Assembly (NCBI GenBank): GCA_048884965.1
Contig: JBHLQH010000030.1
Coordinates: 1-45,899, forward strand
Direction of reading: 5' to 3'
Source of the DNA: Candidatus Thorarchaeota archaeon
GTDB taxonomy: Archaea > Asgardarchaeota > Thorarchaeia > Thorarchaeales > Thorarchaeaceae
DNA: 45,899 bases
Within the stretch, counting starts at the first letter, position 1, and each line of letters begins with the position of its first letter. Below the pieces are notes generated by a model. It saw nothing but the letters and a program-made list of their open reading frames with translations. It was not told the origin of the DNA and did not search any database. Shown piece by piece: positions 41,173-45,899 of the stretch. The position numbers were made by a program, and so were the translations under genes.

Positions 41173-43590
41173 ATGATGTCAAAGAAAATGGCAATTCTCT
41201 TAGTGTGGATGATGATATCGATGATACCAATGGGACCTAATCAGGCGGTTCCCATTGATAACTCTAAGGTATCTGTGAATTCAAACATGAGTGCAAGCAG
41301 CATGGCTGCAGCCAGAATACTAGTTGATGAGTCACACTGTGCAACTGACACAGAGCTTTGGACTCCCGCCAATGCCTCAAGGTTTGGAAGCTTCTTGATG
41401 GATTATGGGCATACGGTAGTGACTAACTTTGATGCCTCATTAGATTCAGGGATTCTTGACACCTTTGACATCTTCATGCTATTCTTCCCACAGGTCGAGT
41501 TGAGCGCTGCTGAAGTAACGGCTATAGAAGACTTTGTTGATAATGGAGGCCACTTAGTTCTAGTCGGGATAGACCATCGAGAATCCGTTTCAAATTACAC
41601 AGCTCAACCTCTCAATGCTATCTCTGAAACATATGGAATCACATTCAATAATGATGCACTTCTTGGTCGAGCTGTCCGAGCTGATGGTGAGCTGGTCGAC
41701 CATCCTATTACCTACGATGTAGACTCAATTGTAACGAGGACTGGCACCTTCCTTCAAGGATGTTCACTCACCTTGGCAAGTCCAGCTGAATCACTGGCTA
41801 CTGTGAAGGGAAATGATTTCCTAGCTGTTGCGGAGGTAGGGGATGCCAAGATCGTGGCGCTTGGATCAGCAGCACCCTTGCTCCTTTACGAGCTTGACAG
41901 CTGGCTGATAAGTGGAGATGATATGCACCAATTGTCACTGAACATCATCGATTGGTTGACGGATGAAACTCCGCGAAAAGTAACTATGCCAGATGAATAT
42001 GTCATTACAGTTGGCAACGGACCAGATCTTTCACCCACCGAGGTGGAAGAGTATCAAATGTTCGTTGGTTTGATTCATGATCATACTACCTATAGCGATG
42101 GAAGAAGCACCGCGAAGGAGATGACCCTTGCTGCAATACGTGCTCAACTTGATTTCATGGTAATGTCTGACCACTCATGGGAGAATCCCTCTCAAGTTGG
42201 CATCTATGGAGCTCTGGAGTGTGAGGACCATGTGCTCAATTATGAGTTGGACACATTAATTGTAGTGGGAGCAGAGCTCTCTAATGGACCACATGTCGTG
42301 GGATTCCCACTTACAGAGAATATCTGGTCTGGTGACATGCATGAGAAGGTGGATGGTGTTCATGGCCAAGGAGGTATCGCCATCCTAGCGCATCCTTTAC
42401 TGGGTCAAGGATACATAGAACCATGGACGAACTACGATGATTATGGATTTGATGCATTTGAGGTGATCAATGACATCTTTATGTATGGTGAAGGAGAGTC
42501 GGCGTATCATAGACCTTTTGTCGCTGCAAGCGATAGTCATGCTGCGAATTTGGTAGGCAGAACGTTGACTGCTATCTTTGTACAGAATCCAAGTGGACCA
42601 AATGGCACACTCTCTCAAGACGATATTGTTGACGCTATTCTGGACAGACGAGTTGTCGGCTTATGTAGGAACATCGCCACTGTCATTGGTGAATCGGTCT
42701 GGGTCAATAGATATCTGACTCTTCGAGACCAAGCTGAAACTGCAATTGAAGATGCTGAAACTGCAATTGATGTAGCCATATCTGGTGGTGCTACTGCCAC
42801 ATTGGCCAATGCCTATCTTGATGAAGCGATTGCAGCATTGGAGAATCAGAATCCAGCTGCAGCAATCTCAAAAGCCGAGATGGCTTCATCAGAATATATC
42901 TTGGGCATTGATATTGAGATAGAAGATAGTGGATTCGGACTCCTGAATCCTGAAGAGGATGGAGCAGTGACAATAACACTGACCAATAGCCTCGAAGCAA
43001 GTGTCAGTCTTGAGATCATCCCGTTCTTCGAGTCAGGCATCACTCTTGATCAAACAAGGGTAACTCTAGAGGCGGAGGCAGATGATACGGGTTCTACGAC
43101 GATATCTGGGACTGCTGCCATATATGGGAATGCTAGGGCTCTGCTGAATTTTAGAGACTATAACTCAGAGGACCTTATAGATCCCATTCTATTCATGGTA
43201 GGTGGTTTCATCGCAAATGTATCTGCAGCAGTTGAACAAGTCGCTGGAGGATATAATGCGACCATTGATGTGTTCTACAATAGAGGAGATACGGATTACA
43301 TCGAATCTGTCAAGATAACATATGATGATGGCACAGGAGAGGTGACAACATCAATGAGAAGTCTTGGTGATAGATATAGCGCAACAGTGGGACCATATCC
43401 AGCTGGAACGAATATCACCTATGTCATCACGGTCGCAGATAGACTTGGGAATTCCTTCGTTTTCGAAGAGGGGTACATTGTTCTTGAGGGATCAGGCACT
43501 CCACCAGACTCGCTAACTCTGCTTATCATTGCAGGGGCGGGTATTGGAATAGTCGTACTAGTCATCATATTCATAAGAATCAGGAAGTAG
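41173..43590 (+). CDS. Secreted, membrane-anchored protein with GIFT/DUF4350, PHP (CehA/McbA-like) and Ig-like domains
   Basis: Signal peptide; 'ILVDESH...EVTAIEDFVDNGG...HPIT...NIIDWL'; PHP motifs 'HDHTTYSDG', 'SDH', 'GAE', 'AHP', 'SDSH'; C-terminal TM helix with RIRK tail. Confidence 0.85.
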   Translation: MMSKKMAILLVWMMISMIPMGPNQAVPIDNSKVSVNSNMSASSMAAARILVDESHCATDTELWTPANASRFGSFLMDYGHTVVTNFDASLDSGILDTFDIFMLFFPQVELSAAEVTAIEDFVDNGGHLVLVGIDHRESVSNYTAQPLNAISETYGITFNNDALLGRAVRADGELVDHPITYDVDSIVTRTGTFLQGCSLTLASPAESLATVKGNDFLAVAEVGDAKIVALGSAAPLLLYELDSWLISGDDMHQLSLNIIDWLTDETPRKVTMPDEYVITVGNGPDLSPTEVEEYQMFVGLIHDHTTYSDGRSTAKEMTLAAIRAQLDFMVMSDHSWENPSQVGIYGALECEDHVLNYELDTLIVVGAELSNGPHVVGFPLTENIWSGDMHEKVDGVHGQGGIAILAHPLLGQGYIEPWTNYDDYGFDAFEVINDIFMYGEGESAYHRPFVAASDSHAANLVGRTLTAIFVQNPSGPNGTLSQDDIVDAILDRRVVGLCRNIATVIGESVWVNRYLTLRDQAETAIEDAETAIDVAISGGATATLANAYLDEAIAALENQNPAAAISKAEMASSEYILGIDIEIEDSGFGLLNPEEDGAVTITLTNSLEASVSLEIIPFFESGITLDQTRVTLEAEADDTGSTTISGTAAIYGNARALLNFRDYNSEDLIDPILFMVGGFIANVSAAVEQVAGGYNATIDVFYNRGDTDYIESVKITYDDGTGEVTTSMRSLGDRYSATVGPYPAGTNITYVITVADRLGNSFVFEEGYIVLEGSGTPPDSLTLLIIAGAGIGIVVLVIIFIRIRK

Positions 43591-43697
43591 GAGGTCAATA
43601 TCCCTCCCCTTCTTTTTCTTTCAACAGGAATCCTTTAGAGGCAAGTTTGTGTAAGCCAGATATATGTACACCAGATAGTGGTTCCATGGTGAGAACG

Positions 43698-44528
43698 ATG
43701 ACTACTCTATTGGAAATCTTGAAGCATCTTGATGTAATCTCTCCGAAGGACTATGAGATACCGGGAAAGGAGGGCTATATAGAAGTAGGTCCTAGCACAA
43801 GAAAGGAACAAAGCAACACCACTATCAGTAGGGTTCTCGTCACAGTTTATCCTTCATCAAAGACCATCGCAAAGGCTTCTCAAGATAAAGCGAATCTTAT
43901 CATTTCCTTCATGCCCATGCTCGCAGGATCCACAAAACAGATTGCTGGATTGGACCTAGTGCGTCTACGTCTCCTAACCAAGAACTACATCTCGATGTAT
44001 ATCATAGGCAGTTCGTGGATCGCAGCAAAAGATGGTTTGACTGATGCTCTGTCAGACGCACTGAACCTGACTGTTACAAGGAAATTCAACCTAAGGGGTA
44101 AGGAAGCGAATCTAATACCGATTGGTCGCATCTGTAGAACTCCAAGCGATATGAACCACTCTGGATTCGCGAACTATCTTGCTTCCAAGTTAGGAATATC
44201 TAACATAACGTTTACAGGCACAATAGATGATGAGGTAGAGGAGATTCTACTTTGTGCTGGCAGCATCATTGATAATGAAACCCTTCATAGACTGCTGCAG
44301 GAAGGAATCAGAACAGTTGTTGTGGGCCAACTCAATCAAATGGACAGAATGATCGCCAACAATCTCGGACTGAATATTCTAGAGCTTGGTTCATTCGTGA
44401 CAGAAGCTCCAGGGATGAAACGACTCAGGCATCAGCTTAGTCTGGAATTTCCGGAATTGAAGATTGAATTCAGCGATACGGATCCCATTACGCAAACATT
44501 GCGACCCTATACAGATGAAATGGCATAA
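43698..44528 (+). CDS. NIF3/YbgI-like protein with degenerate metal site
   Basis: 'ISRVLVTVYPS..TI..A....ANLIISF.P', 'GLTDALSDAL', 'IGRI', 'LCAGS', 'LG...TE..GM'. Confidence 0.8.
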   Translation: MTTLLEILKHLDVISPKDYEIPGKEGYIEVGPSTRKEQSNTTISRVLVTVYPSSKTIAKASQDKANLIISFMPMLAGSTKQIAGLDLVRLRLLTKNYISMYIIGSSWIAAKDGLTDALSDALNLTVTRKFNLRGKEANLIPIGRICRTPSDMNHSGFANYLASKLGISNITFTGTIDDEVEEILLCAGSIIDNETLHRLLQEGIRTVVVGQLNQMDRMIANNLGLNILELGSFVTEAPGMKRLRHQLSLEFPELKIEFSDTDPITQTLRPYTDEMA

Positions 44529-44534
44529 TTAGAG

Positions 44535-45413
44535 TCATTTTCGAATCAAAACTACATTCTTGTCACGATCACACCCGACATGGTCTGCAACAGGCATGCA
44601 TTTTGTCCTCATGATGTGTGCGACAGGTGCCTGCAAAGTTATTTCTGTCATAGACTCATAGTTGCCCATACCTTTTGCGATAATCAATTCAGCACCTTCT
44701 AAGAGTTCGATGAACTCCTGAGAATCTCTATCCAGATTCACTCCTATTGCCGGAGCTCCTGTATCTAGGACTTTGTCTGCATAATCAGCGAGTCCGACTT
44801 CCGTTGCATCAACCATAGTGGCATCATTCAGAACAGGGCCGCCCTTGACGACTGCGAATACCTTCGGACCAAGTCGCTTAATCTCCCTGATTAAGATCGT
44901 GTCAAGGACGATTTCACCAGCATTATCCATGAGGTAAACCACCTCTGAGGCTTGTATGCAATATTCGAATAGCTCCCTAATTTGGTCAATAGCTAAGTCA
45001 GCTTCAACCCTACTTATGATATTGCGAAGTTCCTCAAGATTGAATTCACGCCCCGATACATCGAACTCAATCGCGTTCGCCGCTGCTGCGATCAGTGTCG
45101 CTTTTCGAAAGCGATGGAAGGAATCCTGTTCTTCCTCGATGAGAGTGTTCAATTCTGGTAATATTGAGAGGGCCATGGAATTCGACAGACGCTTTAGCTC
45201 CTCATAGGGGTCTTTTCCAGTCATTCGTTGTACTATCAGATCCCTATCGGTGCCAATATGACTAGGCACCGAGTCCTTGGAGAAATTTGCACCTAGCATT
45301 TCCAGAATTGCTGACGTGACTTCCATATGTCGTGCAGGATCGTCCGTAGCCAGCTTGACCTGATTTATCGCACGTTCTAACAGACAATGAGCGCACTGCA
45401 TTCGGACCTTCAT
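44535..45413 (-). CDS. DUF89/ARMT1-like damage-control phosphatase
   Basis: 'C..CL..A', 'DPYEELK..SN', 'DNAGE', 'PVLNDAT', 'KGMGNYE', 'KC.PVA'. Confidence 0.92.
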   Translation of the reverse strand: MKVRMQCAHCLLERAINQVKLATDDPARHMEVTSAILEMLGANFSKDSVPSHIGTDRDLIVQRMTGKDPYEELKRLSNSMALSILPELNTLIEEEQDSFHRFRKATLIAAAANAIEFDVSGREFNLEELRNIISRVEADLAIDQIRELFEYCIQASEVVYLMDNAGEIVLDTILIREIKRLGPKVFAVVKGGPVLNDATMVDATEVGLADYADKVLDTGAPAIGVNLDRDSQEFIELLEGAELIIAKGMGNYESMTEITLQAPVAHIMRTKCMPVADHVGCDRDKNVVLIRK

Positions 45414-45455
45414 TCAGAGTACCAACCTTGTTCCTAGTGTATTGGTTTGGATGTA

Positions 45456-45899
<444 letters not shown>

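Noticed and set aside
42733-42770. 17-nt direct repeat GCTGAAACTGCAATTGA with 21-nt period
   Set aside because: An in-frame heptad duplication (AETAIED/AETAIDV) inside a helical segment; only two copies, not CRISPR.

Overview
Chromosomal segment of an Asgard archaeon, most likely Thorarchaeia. The taxonomy is inferred from ESCRT-II genes, archaeal AspRS, PolB1, TPI, ArcS-RaSEA, a BHB tRNA intron, double-domain Lrp and SBBP proteins, and frequent TTG starts. Most of the window is housekeeping: aspS, polB1, a nurA-herA-mre11-rad50 operon, a Hrq1-type helicase followed by arcS and raSEA, two thioredoxins, two tRNA-Arg genes, DUF89 and a partial tpiA. No CRISPR array, IS element or prophage was seen. 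Main highlights: (1) an apparent ESCRT-I Vps28 N-terminal domain fused to an ESCRT-II Vps22/36 (EAP30) domain, convergent with vps25. (2) A cytoplasmic IFT52-like GIFT-domain protein with a coiled coil and an ESCRT-I headpiece/CdvA-like tail, plus a cytoplasmic protein with mu-adaptin-like beta-sandwiches; with (1) these suggest an undescribed membrane-trafficking module. (3) Two long, highly structured 5' leaders that are candidate riboswitch-like RNAs, one upstream of a family of three small 4-TM paralogs that flank an aminotransferase. (4) Four metalloenzyme homologs that have lost metal ligands. (5) A tRNA-Arg(GCG) with a D-loop intron at 19/20. (6) A wHTH gene missed by the ORF track that lacks an in-frame start. 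(7) Paired TTGTG-N11-CACAA operators at the thioredoxin promoter. (8) A methanogenesis-marker-9-like Cys module. All family calls come from motif recognition by eye; no database searches were run.
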